A stretch of DNA of 64,000 bases from Trichosphaerium sp. ATCC 40318 (Eukaryota; Protista; Tubulinea): assembly GCA_038496445.1 (NCBI GenBank), contig JALMLS010000017.1:186001-250000 (forward strand). The letters are read 5' to 3'. This document shows positions 12,466 to 26,900 of this stretch, one piece after another; the stretch's first letter is position 1; each line of letters starts with the position of its first letter. The notes under the pieces were generated by a model. It did not search any database. It saw nothing but the letters and a program-made list of their open reading frames with translations, and had not been told where the DNA came from. A program made the translations under genes and the position numbers.

Positions 12466-15400
12466 ATGCAGTACATCATATTGCTAATAATCACGTGTCT
12501 TTCGTTGCAAGAAGCCACTGTAGGTGCGAAATGAGTAATACAATCTAAACTACAGAATAGGCAAATGAAGACGGTTTTTTGGACGTAACAAAGGCTCCTT
12601 ACAATGCAGACCCTACAGGCAATAGCGATTCTACGTTACCAATCCAAAAAGCAGTAGAGGTGCGAAAATCAACTTACAGTACATGTAATTCCAGTACTAA
12701 CTGAGAAAGCAGTACGCTAGAGTAAACCGCCTGATTGTTTTCTTCCCTAAAGGTAAAAAATAAGAAATATATTGTAGATCACGTGCTAGTTGGCTTTTCT
12801 TCCAAGTGTTTTGCACAGTTAAAACCTAGCCTACTTTTCTCACTTCACATTATACCATAACACGTGATTTAGGTCAATATGTTGTAACCGATACAATTAA
12901 TTGTACCAGTGGAATGGCTCCTAATAACCCGCCCTTAAAGTCTCGGTTAGTAGAATAGTTGAGATCCTTCTTTCTAACGCGCGGAAACAGTGACTTTCCA
13001 AATGTTTTAGTAGGACAGGTGCCAACATCTGGCAACGTTGAAGACAGGCCTAGTCTAATAGTGAAGCAATCAACGCCTGGGTTCACTAGTGTGGATCTCC
13101 CAAAATATGTCGTTCATTTTTGGACATACGGTAATGCCTGCTAAAATCACATGTTTCTTACAATGCAAACAAAAGGGAATACTAAAGATGTGCAACCAAA
13201 TATAAACTTCAATCAAATATTTCAGGGCATAAACATCAAGTATGTACATATTGTTCCGTTAGACAAACAACCTTAAATGCCATCAATATAGAGTTGAGAA
13301 AGGGAACTATGGAGCTATCGGCATTAGACACAGGTACATATAACTAACTTTGTACAGTTTAAACACTGTTGTAGAGCAGCTCAAGGATCAAGCGTCCAAG
13401 ATGTCTTAATACAATTGGAGGATGGTACAGCAGGTCTACAGGTACGCAAGTAGTGATTTACCACTAGAATAGACTAATAACAACAGGGCGCTGCTGGAAG
13501 TGGTGGAAGCCACATTGGCATAACTGTACATGGAGGTAGATTTGGGCTTGATTTGAGAGAAGCTCAGCCTGGTCCAACAGTGGGCACCTTGCGCTATTTG
13601 TTGTGCTCAGTATTTTTGTAGATAACAGGGATGACACTTGTCAACCAATCATGCTCTGCCTTGTTATACGAAGGTAAGAAGAGGTGTAAATAGTCTGTCT
13701 GAAACGGTTGATAGGTTTGCAAACTCTTTCAGCAGTTGGAATTAAAATACAAGCACGTGATTGAAGACGACTTTGTTAACGTTAAATATCATCTCTAGGT
13801 GGGTTCGCATGCACTTGATGAACCTGCTATTCGTATCATTACTGAAGACACCATGCCTGTAGATCCTAAATGTGCAGTTCCTGCCACAAATAATCCTCAA
13901 GTACAACCACAAACTTTTCCTGTAGTAAACTTTATCTAGAAATCTCCACCAGCCCTTTCAGGGCAGCTAAGCCTTGTGGACTCTTCCATAGAATATCTTC
14001 AATACGATAAATCATGTGTTAGTATAATTACTGCTCGTGATTTGTACATGCAAAATGTGTACATTAAGGTACGCGCCACGTGTTGTTTTTGCTTAGTTTT
14101 ACATTTATAGAATTGCGAAAACTTGGTATCTATCCCCACTCTCAAGTACATTGCAGAATCTAAGTACCCTGATTCTTGGACCAAGTGAGCTTTAACTCTT
14201 ATCTTTGAAATAACTTGTCTAACTACTTGAAAGGGTTAATGAATATGCCAAAGGAGTTAAACCTCCAATATACGCTACAAAAGGCAAAAAGTACTTCAAA
14301 TTATAATTTCAAAAATTGTTAAATGAGCACTTACAAGAATAAGATTTCAATACGAGTCTCCAACTTACTTGAACGGAAAACGTTCGTTTGATGAGATACG
14401 AGACATATTATATAAGAGCGAGCCTCCATCAGATTTACAAGTACTACCCTTAAGGTTTTGAAGACCTAAGAAAAATTTAGGAACAACATTTGTGGAACTT
14501 TGCTACTTTTCCGTCTTTTCAGAGCTCTTCGGTTGTAAATGTCAAACTTCCTCCGTACAATGCCAAAGGGTACTAGCTAGACTGTAAATTTTAAAATGGC
14601 TTCTAAGAAAAGATAGGGATGGACTAACTGACGATACCAAAGCGATACAAGATGCTCTAGATCAAACCTCAAATGGAATCGTATTTCTTCCTAAAGGTTC
14701 ATATTCTTAGCTTATTGAAGGCTTACTAACCAAATACATGCAAGGTTACTACCGTATTTCTAAAACTCTTAAAATGGCACCAGGACAAAGCCTCATTGGT
14801 ATAGGTAGGAAAGAACCATATATATTTGTTTAGCAACCTTACCAACTTCAAAGCTCGTCATCTTACATTCATTGCACCTGTAACAGAAGGTGTTGGTGGA
14901 GCAATTGTTGAAACCAGTAATTCTCAAAACATTATCGCTTTCTTGTCAGTGAAGGTAATGAACGTAGTGCATCGTACGTATACTCACTATGGACTATAGA
15001 CGTATCAGCATCTAAAAACCGATTATGCAATCCACTGGTTGGCGAAGAGGTACGAGTGTGTACAAAAAAAAATGATAACACGTGATTAGCGATCAATCTA
15101 TTTACAGACAGGCTCATACTGATCGTGCTAAAGAGTGTTGGGAATTGATGGATATACTTAAAATTAAAGTACCTTGCAAGAATGCAACGAATATAACAGT
15201 ACCTTTGAATTTTGTTTCTGGTCAGGTTTTAGATTTTTTCGAATGATGTTTAACGACCTCATAGGGAGTGGACGTTTTTACAACTTTTATCAAGAGAATT
15301 GGCAATACCAAGTAAACCACGTGATTGCAAGATATCGATTATAATATTCCTCTTAGGATCCTGGTTCTCGACACTTACAGTTGGTAAATGCTTCGAATAT

Positions 15401-16100
15401 AAGGTAGGTGACGAGTTTAATTTAAGTCATTTCTGATATCTGAGACGTTCAATTAAATTAGATGCTATCAATGCAATACCGAACATGGAAGAGGAGATAC
15501 GAATTTCGAAATATCTAATTCTCACCACATTGATATTTATGGAGTAAAGAGCGAAGGCAATTTCCCAGTAAGCACCAAAACAGCATCCAAAAACAAAAAA
15601 AACAAGTACGTAGGTGCTTTGGATAAAGGACAGCAACTTTGTAAGTGTTTATGGATACGGTGGAAATGCTGCTGCTTTACCTAACAATACTCACTACCCT
15701 CCTGGATACTCTATGATAGCACCAACTTTATTTCGTGTCGAGAATGTAAGCCATTTATTGCAAGTGGTTTTTATTTATGGAGTTATTAGACACCAAACTA
15801 CCTCTTGGCTAATTTATGGGATTACGGCCGTATTGACGGTGGTAATTGGTTCACTTTCCCTGGGATCGGTACAAATACATATTCGATTTGGTGATTGCCA
15901 CTAACTAGGTGTAGGTGTAAATCCGAAACTTTGGAACATTGCAGTTGATATAAACAATGGCGACGAAATTGTAAATTCTTTACATCTTAAACCCAGCTAA
16001 CATCACCTTCTAGGTACCCGCATGTCCGTCGCCCCACAAAGGAGAACTATTTACTTGCGTGCTCGATCGCCCTGTTGTAATGAAACGTAGTACAAGCTAA
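12466..16100 (+). CDS. Secreted Pectate_lyase_3 / GH55-like right-handed beta-helix carbohydrate-active protein
   Basis: Signal peptide MQYIILLIITCLSLQEA. Two copies of the cap motif (FLDVTKAPYNADPTGNSDSTLPIQKA..VFFPKG.Y; VVNVKLPPYNAKGDGLTDDTKAIQDAL..VFLPKGYYRIS). Roughly 25-30 short introns. Confidence 0.85.
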
Positions 16101-16134
16101 TGTAACTGAATTCTATGCTATAAACTGAGTTCCT

Positions 16135-17817
16135 AATAGTTTTCCTTCGTTTTCTCATTTTGCTTCTGTGAATTTTGTTATAACTCCATGATTCTTTTGC
16201 AAGTGGTATTCTATTAGCAATAAGAAAGATGTAATCACGTTAAATAACATGTAGTGTAAAGCTCACCACTAACATGAAGCCAATTGTCGTGGTAGCCAAT
16301 CTTGTCTACTCTGGTGTAGTAAAGTTGCTTAATCTCGGTGATGTATGTTCTCAAAGAGAAGTAGTAAGCTCGGCATGTAGGTAACCACGACCACGAGGTG
16401 GTTTTGTTGTATTAAATACAATCTCACCAATGAACGCATCAACTTTTTGAGCGCTACCTCTCCGTTTGTATAATTCACCCATGCATTGTATCAAAGCCCT
16501 ATCTACGTTTTAAAATTCTTCTCAGAAATGATACGTACCTTTGTGTTGCTTTCTTTGACATAACAGGGAACTTATTCCATTGCCAAGTGTATCCTGGTTC
16601 CAATAATTGTAATACTTGAGGGTAATACTGTAACATAGTATGGCCACCATTACGAGAGATTTGAGAAAGAGAAACACGGTACCTATACAACACATTAAGT
16701 AATATAAGGTATATGTAACTATTACTCACCACATGTCTGGTCGTGTAATTTGTAAGTCATCCGACAATGTCCTTAGGAAATTAACTTGATTTCTTTTGTC
16801 TATCCAATAGTTCGCAGGTCGAGCTTGCGCGAAACGCCAACTATAGTCTGGGAACACTTCCTTAAGTACATTCGATAGCGATCCTTTTTGACTATGTCAA
16901 GGTAAGTAAGTGAAACAATCAACACCTTTGGTACGCGTACATAATATCGCCTCCGCCAATTTTCTTCACATCCAAGTGTGTAACAGAATACCAATCATTA
17001 AGCGCCTTTAACCGTAAACTCTCACCAACGTAGTTGACGCGGTTGCATAATTGCTTGAACCATTTGCTGAAATAGAGTTAATTTAATTTCAACATACAAC
17101 CCTCAATAGATGACATACTCGAACAACCGAGGATCCCATTCGAAGTCAGGGTACAGAGCTTTAACTGTGTTAAATACTGATCCTCCATATCTACTATGAG
17201 TTAGAGTTATTCGTCATTAAAATAAATACCTATTTAGAATACCACTTCCTCCATGTGCAACAATTTTATCCCACGTGACATGGTACCATTTATGAAGATC
17301 TGTTATACCAAGCTTTTCTCCTATTTCGTTCCACTTAGCTCGTTGGTTATCTTCACTACTCCAAAATCGCGTAGGCGCCATACTTGAATAGTTTTAGAGT
17401 TATGTTTGGTAAGGGCGTTTAGAATCATGTTGGAATGTGACACTTACGAAAATTTCCATGGACACCAATCGAAATTGGGATACAACGCCTCCAAAGTCTT
17501 TGATGCTGAATTACCGTGCCTTTGGCGGTTAGTTTTACTTTAATTATTATTGTTACCTGTCAACTATGCCTCTACCACCATAACGCTGTAATTTATCGAT
17601 CGTTACGCTGTACCAAGCGTCTAAAGTGTATACTTGGAGAGCTGGTGCGATGATAGAGTCTGACAAACGTTACAACTGTATATTACATGCAATACGCACC
17701 AAAATGCTCTCTTTGACTTTTCACATCACTCCAACGCGTTCTGGTACCTATCAAATATGTAAAAACGATACTATTCAGCAGTTATGTACGACGTAGTGCC
17801 TGCGACGTTATGTTCAT
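16135..17817 (-). CDS. Trp-rich ~70-aa tandem-repeat protein (paralog A, ~4 repeats, no recognisable nuclease motifs)
   Basis: Repeats such as APTRFWSSEDNQRAKWNEIGEKLGITDLHKWYHVTWDKIVAHGGSGILN-RYGGSVFNTVKALYPDFEWDPRLF. 3' end uncertain (16135-16350). Confidence 0.8.
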
Positions 17818-17929
17818 GACAGCAGCTGTGTTAGAATACAACAAACTTAAGATCAACACCATTCAACTTAACTGACGTACAGGCACAGCCACTACTGTAA
17901 CGGTACGGTCAGCTAATAGCATAATCGCC

Positions 17930-19515
17930 ATGCGCTTCAAATACAGCGCAAATGCGCGAAAGACTGTAATAGACAACGCAGCCCGGCAAATGGCCATTAA
18001 AACAGCTAGTGATTGGTACAATGTCACATATAATGACATGATACACTGTAGAGACGTAAAGACGCTAGCGTGCGCACCAACATGAACCTGAACGCGCTGT
18101 AACCTCGTTTCTAGAAGCCAGCACAACAACTCCCTACTTCAAATCTTACAAGCGACATTCACGGACTATGATTGGGATCCTTGCAAGTTCAGGTGCCAAA
18201 AACAACTTTTTGACATTTCAGTAAATTTTATTCAAGCCGTTGCCCAGCTGGCTATTGGAATAGCTTAGATAATCAACGACAGGTGTTCAACGCCCTGGCA
18301 GAAGAGTTTGAAATCAAAGAGCTGGATGGATGGTATAACATAACCTCTAAGCACATTTCAAAAAGAGCTAGCTTCTTAGCGTACAAACAAGTTTATTCCC
18401 CGTGATTACTAAACTAACAGTTTATTATGAAAGAAAGGACTATGGACGATCTGTTTATAACTGTGTTTCAACCCTTTACCCTGACCATAACTGGGCCAAA
18501 TGGAACTTCTCGTATGTTGTTATACTCTATGCATTACCTAACTTATAATAGACACGTTCCAACTAATCATTGGGTTGGTATTGATGAAAGAAGGAACTAC
18601 TTTAACGTACTTGCTGAACGCATAGGGCTTAAGCACTTGGACGATTGGTATAAAATAGAGAACTCAGATATAGAGGAAGCTACCACCATATTGTAACACT
18701 CCATTTGGAAACTTAGTTTAACATAAATTTAGAAATATGTACAATTTCTCACTTTCTGCTTGTTTGCAAGACCTATTCAGATACCACAAGTGGCAACCTT
18801 GGAAGTTCAGGTAGCTATAAAATCCATTAAATCCATTCCCTTATATAATTCTAGGCGTACGCCTGCACATCACTGGGACAGTATGTATCACCAGAGAGAT
18901 TTCCTCGCAAACATTGAACAGCAGTTGAACATGAAAACTCTCGATGAATGGTACACTCAAGACTATAAACTTTTGCACAAGGATGGTTTGGCTCTCGTTA
19001 GAAGGTGCACAGCATTCTACACTACGACGAAATTGATTGGATTTTAGGTACCCCACAACGCCCCATGCACTCAAAGCAATCTATCCCAACTACAACTGGC
19101 GTAACAACAAATTCCGACCTTACTGGCTTCAGAAAGAAAACCAAGTAGCTTTCTTACACTCACTGAAGACAAACCTACACATCACTAGTCCTGAGATGTG
19201 GTACGTATTCTTGACAACATTGTATCCTCAACCTGTTAATATTTTCAAAAAAAAAGGTACCAAGTTTCGCAAAGGCAGCTCATGACTTTTGGTGGCGGTG
19301 GTTTATTCAAAGTATGGCCACGTGTTCTTGAAAATTACGAAACTGAGTACAACTTCAATTGGAAACTATTTCGTACACTTCAAAAGAACACACAACAGAG
19401 GTACTGCGTTGTATACATGTTTACCTGATACAAAAATAGGATGCTCACAAAAAACCTAAAAAATATATTCAACCACCGTCTACGCAAACGAATCTCACGT
19501 AGTATACGCTCTTAA
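17930..19515 (+). CDS. Trp-rich ~70-aa tandem-repeat protein (paralog B, 5 repeats, truncated before the nuclease domain)
   Basis: Repeats such as CPAGYWNSLDNQRQVFNALAEEFEIKELDGWY... and TPAHHWDSMYHQRDFLANIEQQLNMKTLDEWY...YPNYNW. Ends QQRMLTKNLKNIFNHRLRKRISRSIRS*. Confidence 0.85.
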
Positions 19516-19545
19516 GTTAACAAGTTGCTCGACAATATAAAGCTA

Positions 19546-21238
19546 ATGGAAGGGGAAGACTACGTTGATCCTAAGATGAAGTTGAAATACTTACAAGAAA
19601 CAGTTGAATGGTAGAAGGGAATGCGCTCGTACTATTATTTTGACCGTAGTCTAGGATAGAAAAAGCTCTTCTACACGAAGACCAGAAAGAATTTAAAGTA
19701 GCTGTGCCAGCCTATAAAAACGCTGAAGAATCGATTGGGCATTGTTTACGTACACGTTTAACAAGAAGTGAAAAGGTAGCAATGCAATCAATGCTGCTTC
19801 AATCCGCTAACATTTTAAGCGTTCGATAGATTTGTTGCGTTGGATAGTTAAATTGCGCCAAGCACAAGCAAATTCCCACCTACCAAATTCAGAACCAGAA
19901 CCAATAACAGAAATACAACAATATAACGAGCCACAAACACCAACAGATGATGCGACTACTCGAACAACTAAAACAAATCCATCACTTTTCACAAGTGTGA
20001 TTGGACTACGTGAGGCCAAAAATGCTCTGCTTGAAGCTTTGGTGCTCCCACAGCGCTTTCCAGAATTGTTTGTTGGTAACAGATCTCAAGGGAACATATG
20101 TGCTAACTAGCTACTCAGGTTCTTTACAGCGCTCCCAAACGATACTCCTGTATGGGGTGCGTGTAACCGTATTTACAGTCCTAACATCTTCTAGCCTCCA
20201 GGTTCGTTGGTAACTAACTAGCACTTCAATCAAACAGTTTGCATAGGCAATGGCAAAACTATGTTAACAACTGCTGTGGCTGCAGAAGCTTCATTTAAAC
20301 TGATTACCATTACATCATCTAATATCGTTTCTATGTGGTTCGGTCAATCCGAACAGTACGCGCGCCAGTCTCCATCCAAAGTATAGGACTTACAATTGTT
20401 AGAAAACTTCGGAAGTTATTCGAAGAGAGCGCTAAGCAAGCTCCTGTTGTGATATTCTTAGACGAGATTGATGGACTGGTGCGACAACGTAATCAACAAG
20501 AAGATGAAACAACCCGAAGAATAAAGACGGAATTTTTACGTTGGCTAGAATGTACAAAGCACTTTATAACTGCCTTCCTAATGCATCTCCTGTAGCTCTA
20601 CCAGAGGGAGTATATGTAGTAGCTGCCACAAACGTCCCTTGGGATATAGACAGTGCTATCTTACGTAGATTCGATAGACGCCTGTATATCCCACTGCCAA
20701 GCGCAACAGCGCGAAAGGAAATGTTTTCAGTGCTGCTAAACAACACATGGTATTCATGTCTCTAGTATACACATTTTAAACAAAACACTCTGTTGTAGGC
20801 AGGATGATAATTTTCTCGAAGAGCTTAGCCTCCTATCTGAGGGATTTTCTGCTTCAGATGTGCGCTCAGTATGTAAAAGAGCTCTGTTGGTATGTTTTAG
20901 TGATGCTACGGCTTAGTATTAACTATCTCTTAGAGACCTATAGATAGTTTATTGCTTGTCAATCATTTTGTAGTTTTTTTTGAGAACTCCATAAAATACT
21001 ACACCCCGTGCGCAAAAAGTAATCCAGATAGCATTGAAATACGATTAATGGACATACACGATGGGAAAGTTAAACCACGCAAGCTTACAAAGGTTTCAAC
21101 GGACGATTTTCTAAAAATGAAAAAAAATCTAAAACTGTGTAGGATGACGTTCTTTTGAGTGTCAAGGAATACACTAGGACAGTTACCAATGCTCAAATAG
21201 AACAATACGCCCATTTTTGTGCTGGTTCTAAACCATAA
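19546..21238 (+). CDS. MIT-domain AAA+ ATPase of the VPS4/katanin/spastin clade
   Basis: N-terminal MIT-like helices; VIGLREAKNALLEALVLPQRFPELF; Walker A LLYG|PPG|NGKT; Walker B VIFLDEID; ETTRRIKTEFL; AATNVPWDIDSAILRRF; Vps4_C-like YTPC... Confidence 0.92.
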
Positions 21239-21528
21239 TCAGACAAAAGAATTGCTGTACTCAAAGATTGCTTTAACAGCGTCCATATAGCGTAAAATAA
21301 ACAAACAAAACATCGCTGGGGTCATTGGTGTTTGATCAATTACACCAAAAATACTCACATGAAATAATGTAAACAATCATGCGTATTTTGCAGAGTAGTA
21401 AGTTGCATGAACTAGCGGAATTGTGTGCGAGTTTTTATTTGAAAGAAGAAATAAATAGCGTGAAAAAAAAACAAAGTCAAAATAATTTTTTACTGGTCCA
21501 AAAACTCCACTCCCAATAGCTCCAGCAC

Positions 21529-22680
<1,152 letters not shown>

Positions 22681-22821
22681 ATGCCTTACCCAATACTCAT
22701 ATGCTGCTTATAGCTGTGTTAATAGTTAAATAAATTGATTGTAACAATCTGTGAGCGGTTTTTTTTACTTATGGCTTAACTTCTATCGCTTACCACAAAC
22801 CGCAGAACAAGAAGAAACGAA

Positions 22822-23154
22822 ATGAACCGCATTGGATCAGGTTTAGGCACTCGTGTGGCATACAACGCAATTCGTAGAGCAAGACTCCCACGTCAACCAG
22901 TGCGAAATATGGGCGATGAAGGCGATGTTGCTCCTCTTAAAACCTACTTCGTAATGGCTACACCTGTACTTTGGGCGACCTTTTTTTACAGTATGATGGT
23001 AGAAGGACAAGCAAACCACGCAAGAAGTAAATTAGAGTACCCTCACATGAATGTCGCTAATTGCGAGTTCCCTTGGTTCGATGGAGAACTCAGTCTGTTC
23101 GATGGTATCGACAAATACTTTAACTTTGGCTTGGTTGAACACGATGAAGATTAA
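22822..23154 (+). CDS. COX6A: Cytochrome c oxidase subunit VIa
   Basis: Arg-rich mitochondrial presequence, one TM helix, then YPHMNV..EFPWFDGELSLF matching the COX6A FPW.DG...LF motif. Intronless. Confidence 0.8.
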   Translation: MNRIGSGLGTRVAYNAIRRARLPRQPVRNMGDEGDVAPLKTYFVMATPVLWATFFYSMMVEGQANHARSKLEYPHMNVANCEFPWFDGELSLFDGIDKYFNFGLVEHDED

Positions 23155-23954
23155 AACAACCACAAAAACACAAAAAACTATTCGAGCATTGTATAAAGCA
23201 AAAAAACACTCAGCTATCCAAGTACTTCAAACCACTACCATCTAATGTAGGGAAGAGTACAAATACAATTTTATTACCAAACTCTGCGTAATCTCTTTCA
23301 TAAACTGGCCTTCTAGGTGTACGGCTTGTTTATTTTAACCCTCTAGTAGATAATTTAGCAGTATTCGAAGGCTGCGAGTGTTAAGAAAGCTTGTGGCCTA
23401 ACCGCGATTTTTTTTTGTAGACGCGTAAAGAATTGCTTATATAGCTTCCTAGCCGTGTTTCGAAAGCGCAATAGTGCTACGTCACTAGTAACAGTGCTCA
23501 TTCAACCCCTTGCGTACTCTGTGAGCCTTTTTTACGTAAAGTTAATTTTTTTCAAAATGTACTTCAATACAATTTGAGTTCTTCGCTACGGTAACACCCC
23601 CTGATGCTAGCAGCTTGTAGGAGGTAGTTTTTCTTAAATGTCATCTTTTCGGACAATGCGATACTTCCAGAATAGTGACACGCTTCTTTTTAAGTCTACT
23701 TGCTTTGCGTACATCGTGGTTGCGCAGTTATTGGCACAGAGCACCGAAAAGACACTAGTAACTTGAAAGGCTTTTTTATTTTGTTTGAAGAGTGCAAAGC
23801 GAGAATAATCGCTTGGTGATTGCTTGGTGTCTGAATATATAAAGGCGGGCTTTGGTCCTAAGTATGTAAGAATAATGGAAGAAACCTGGATGTACCTCAA
23901 ACTATATAAACCACTGTACAATACAGGCAACTTGTATTCAGTAGTGGTAGAGGT

Positions 23955-26900
23955 GTTAAACACCGTTTTCCTTGTTGCAAATAGTAGCTAGGACGAAGTT
24001 GCGTGCTTTTTCTAGTCCACAGTCAATGTAGATTGCACCAGTTAGGGAGGTAAGTAAATGGGCATTCATCTACGTGTTGGTGAGAAATGTATACAAAGTA
24101 GGCAACTTACTATTGTTGCTGTAGGAGTAGCGTTGCACGTCTTTTTCTCAGTATTTGAACGCACTGAAAGCATCTGTTGGCGCATGGTATGAAGCTCAGA
24201 AACCGTGGCTTGAGTATACGTATTGTATAGGTAGTTCTAGGAGCCAAGTGAATACGCATAGTTTTCTGTAGTTTAAACAAAGAATGCAAAGAAACCGTAC
24301 AGTAACGTAGAATGATGCGATGGCATTTCCAAGGAATTGGGTTCTACTACACTTCAGTTTACCGTTGGCAATGGTATTGGCTACGCATTCATGCTCAATG
24401 ACTCCCTCAAGAGTACTCTAAACGGTAAGCTATAACAAACATGCAAAAGCTTGCCTTGTGGAGTCTAAGAGCCGTCTCGAAAGTTTCAATTGCCGAAGCA
24501 GGTGCTGCTTCGCCATCTTGGCTAGCATCTCTTGTAGTGCCTATATATCTGTTAATAATAGCTAATGGTCGTAGAAATACCCTGTTTGCAAACACTGTCA
24601 TTCCACAAGTTGTAAAACAATGCGCTATGGTGTTCAGAGGTCCTCTTGAAAAAGTTGCAAGCTGCTTCAAGACCACTATCGAGGTAGATTGCGCCTATAC
24701 TAATTATGTGGCTGACATAGATGTAATACGATTAAGTACCAATGATAGCCTCTAGAATATCAGCTACTGTCTTTGCTTTTGAGATTTTTTTTTCGACATC
24801 ACCGGATAGTGTAGCCAAAAAATTATTCTGCTTGCAAATCTCTGAGAGTACAAGATTCGAAGTAAAGTGCTTTCTGCGAACAAGTGAGAATTTGTGAAAA
24901 AATATGGTGACATACTTAAGTTGGCTCAGTTGGAGTGCACATTTCTCGTTTGCACTTTCGTATAAGCGAGTTGATACCACTAAGTTTATTAAAGCGTCTC
25001 CAACGAGTTCCATATTCTCATGAGTTGCGGGACCTTCCTTTGAAGTGTGAAAAATAGCAAGAAAAAAAAGAGAAAGTAAAAAAAGGTTCAGAAAATCTCA
25101 ACTTGCATCTTGCTTTCCAAGCGCAAAATTTGCTCCTTGATCAGACACAGGTATCATAAACGCCTATGAAGTAATTTTAAGACGTTGTAGTAATTATATT
25201 GAACGAACTTTTTCGAGTAGTGCCTTGTTGTTGAAAACATGACCCTTTGGGTTTGCTTCGAATACGTTGCATCCAAGACATAGTTGAATGTGTTTAAGAA
25301 TAGCTGGGTACGTATTACACATAAAATACTTAATATCTCTATCAAAAAGAATAGTAAACGCATTGTTAAGTGGTATTGGGAGAACATACTCGGTGAGAGA
25401 ATAGAAAGTGACATTCTCTGGAACAAAATAGCGGCATGTTTTAGATCGTGAGAGCCTGCTCTGGTGTTCAATTTCTGACGAGATATAAAGACCAGTATCG
25501 AACAAGTCATATTCGCTGCAAAACGAAGTACATTCACACGATTTAGATTGCGTGTCGCAAATATTTGCGGCCTTCTTTGGATCTACAAATTTTAGTTAAG
25601 TTAAAACGTAAACTCAAAGGCAGCTTATTGTAAATGCCGTAAATGTAATGTAGGATGAGTACCGCGCTTTGGAGAATCACCAACAGATGCATCTAATCCA
25701 ACGAATTGATTCTTAGGAACAAAACCTAGGTTGAGCGCAGTAGCTGCTTCCTGAGCAACACTTAATTTTGCCAATTTTGAACTTCTATGAACACCAGCAC
25801 ATGTGTAGGTTACATTTTGCAGTGTAACTGACGATATCCAAGTATCATCTTCAGCTCTCCTCGATACGTTGTATTGAGGTTTCTTCCCAATCGAGTCACC
25901 ATATGAGTTAATCAGGGACACGTAAGTATTTCCAGGACTAGCATGAATACAAAACGCAAAATCATGCTTTGTTTCAATAACATCAGAACATTTTCTTTCT
26001 CCATCTTGTGGAGATAGGTTCGCGATGGCAATATCTGGCTTCTTTCCTTTGTTGATATTATACTTTGTAAACGTTGCTTCTATCCACAAGTTGAATCTCC
26101 AGCATGTCAAAATACTCTGAACCTCTTTATCGTCGTTGAAATCAGAAGATGATGTCAAAATATCGCTGATATTAGACTTGTTTGAAATAGGCCTTCTTAC
26201 GCTTGATGCGCTTATAAGTGGGCAGTATGGCCATTTTGTTAAGGATACAAGGCATAGTTGTTGTGAAATATGGTGGTGGGATACCAGAGTGACATCGACA
26301 CCTTTTTTTTCTTTCAAGTAAGCCTTTGTTGATGTCTTTCCTGAGTTACTACAAAACTCAGTAAAAGATGATGTGCATAGTAATACATCTATTTAAAACG
26401 TTGTGTGGTGTTAGTTCTCATTTAAAAAGAGACGAAGATCAAAGTTATCTTAAAATACACTTACCTCTCACACTTTCAGTTCTATTAGATGACTTGCTTT
26501 CGAAGAGTAAACCATTTAGTGCACGTTTTAGCAAGTAAGATAGTTGACAACTTTTTACTTGTTTTTCGTCTATTGGCCTAAACAAGTGAGGATTTTTGTA
26601 ATTTCAAAAGAAAACTGGGTACTTCGGAGCATCAACGTTCTCGGTAAAGAACCTTAGTACTTCATCAATTCCGTTATTCTAAAGGGACAGTAAGACGTGC
26701 TTGTAACCGGCTCTTGCGCACGTTGAACATTTCCACAATGTAGGAAACAGGTGTGGAATAGACACCAGTGAAACCATCAAGAATATTGTTAATGACATCT
26801 TGGTACTCCTTGTACGATATACCAACGTCGTTGGATAGTTGGACGATGTAATCTACTGCTGCAACACTTTTCAAAGCGCTTTTTATGTGTTATTAGTTTA

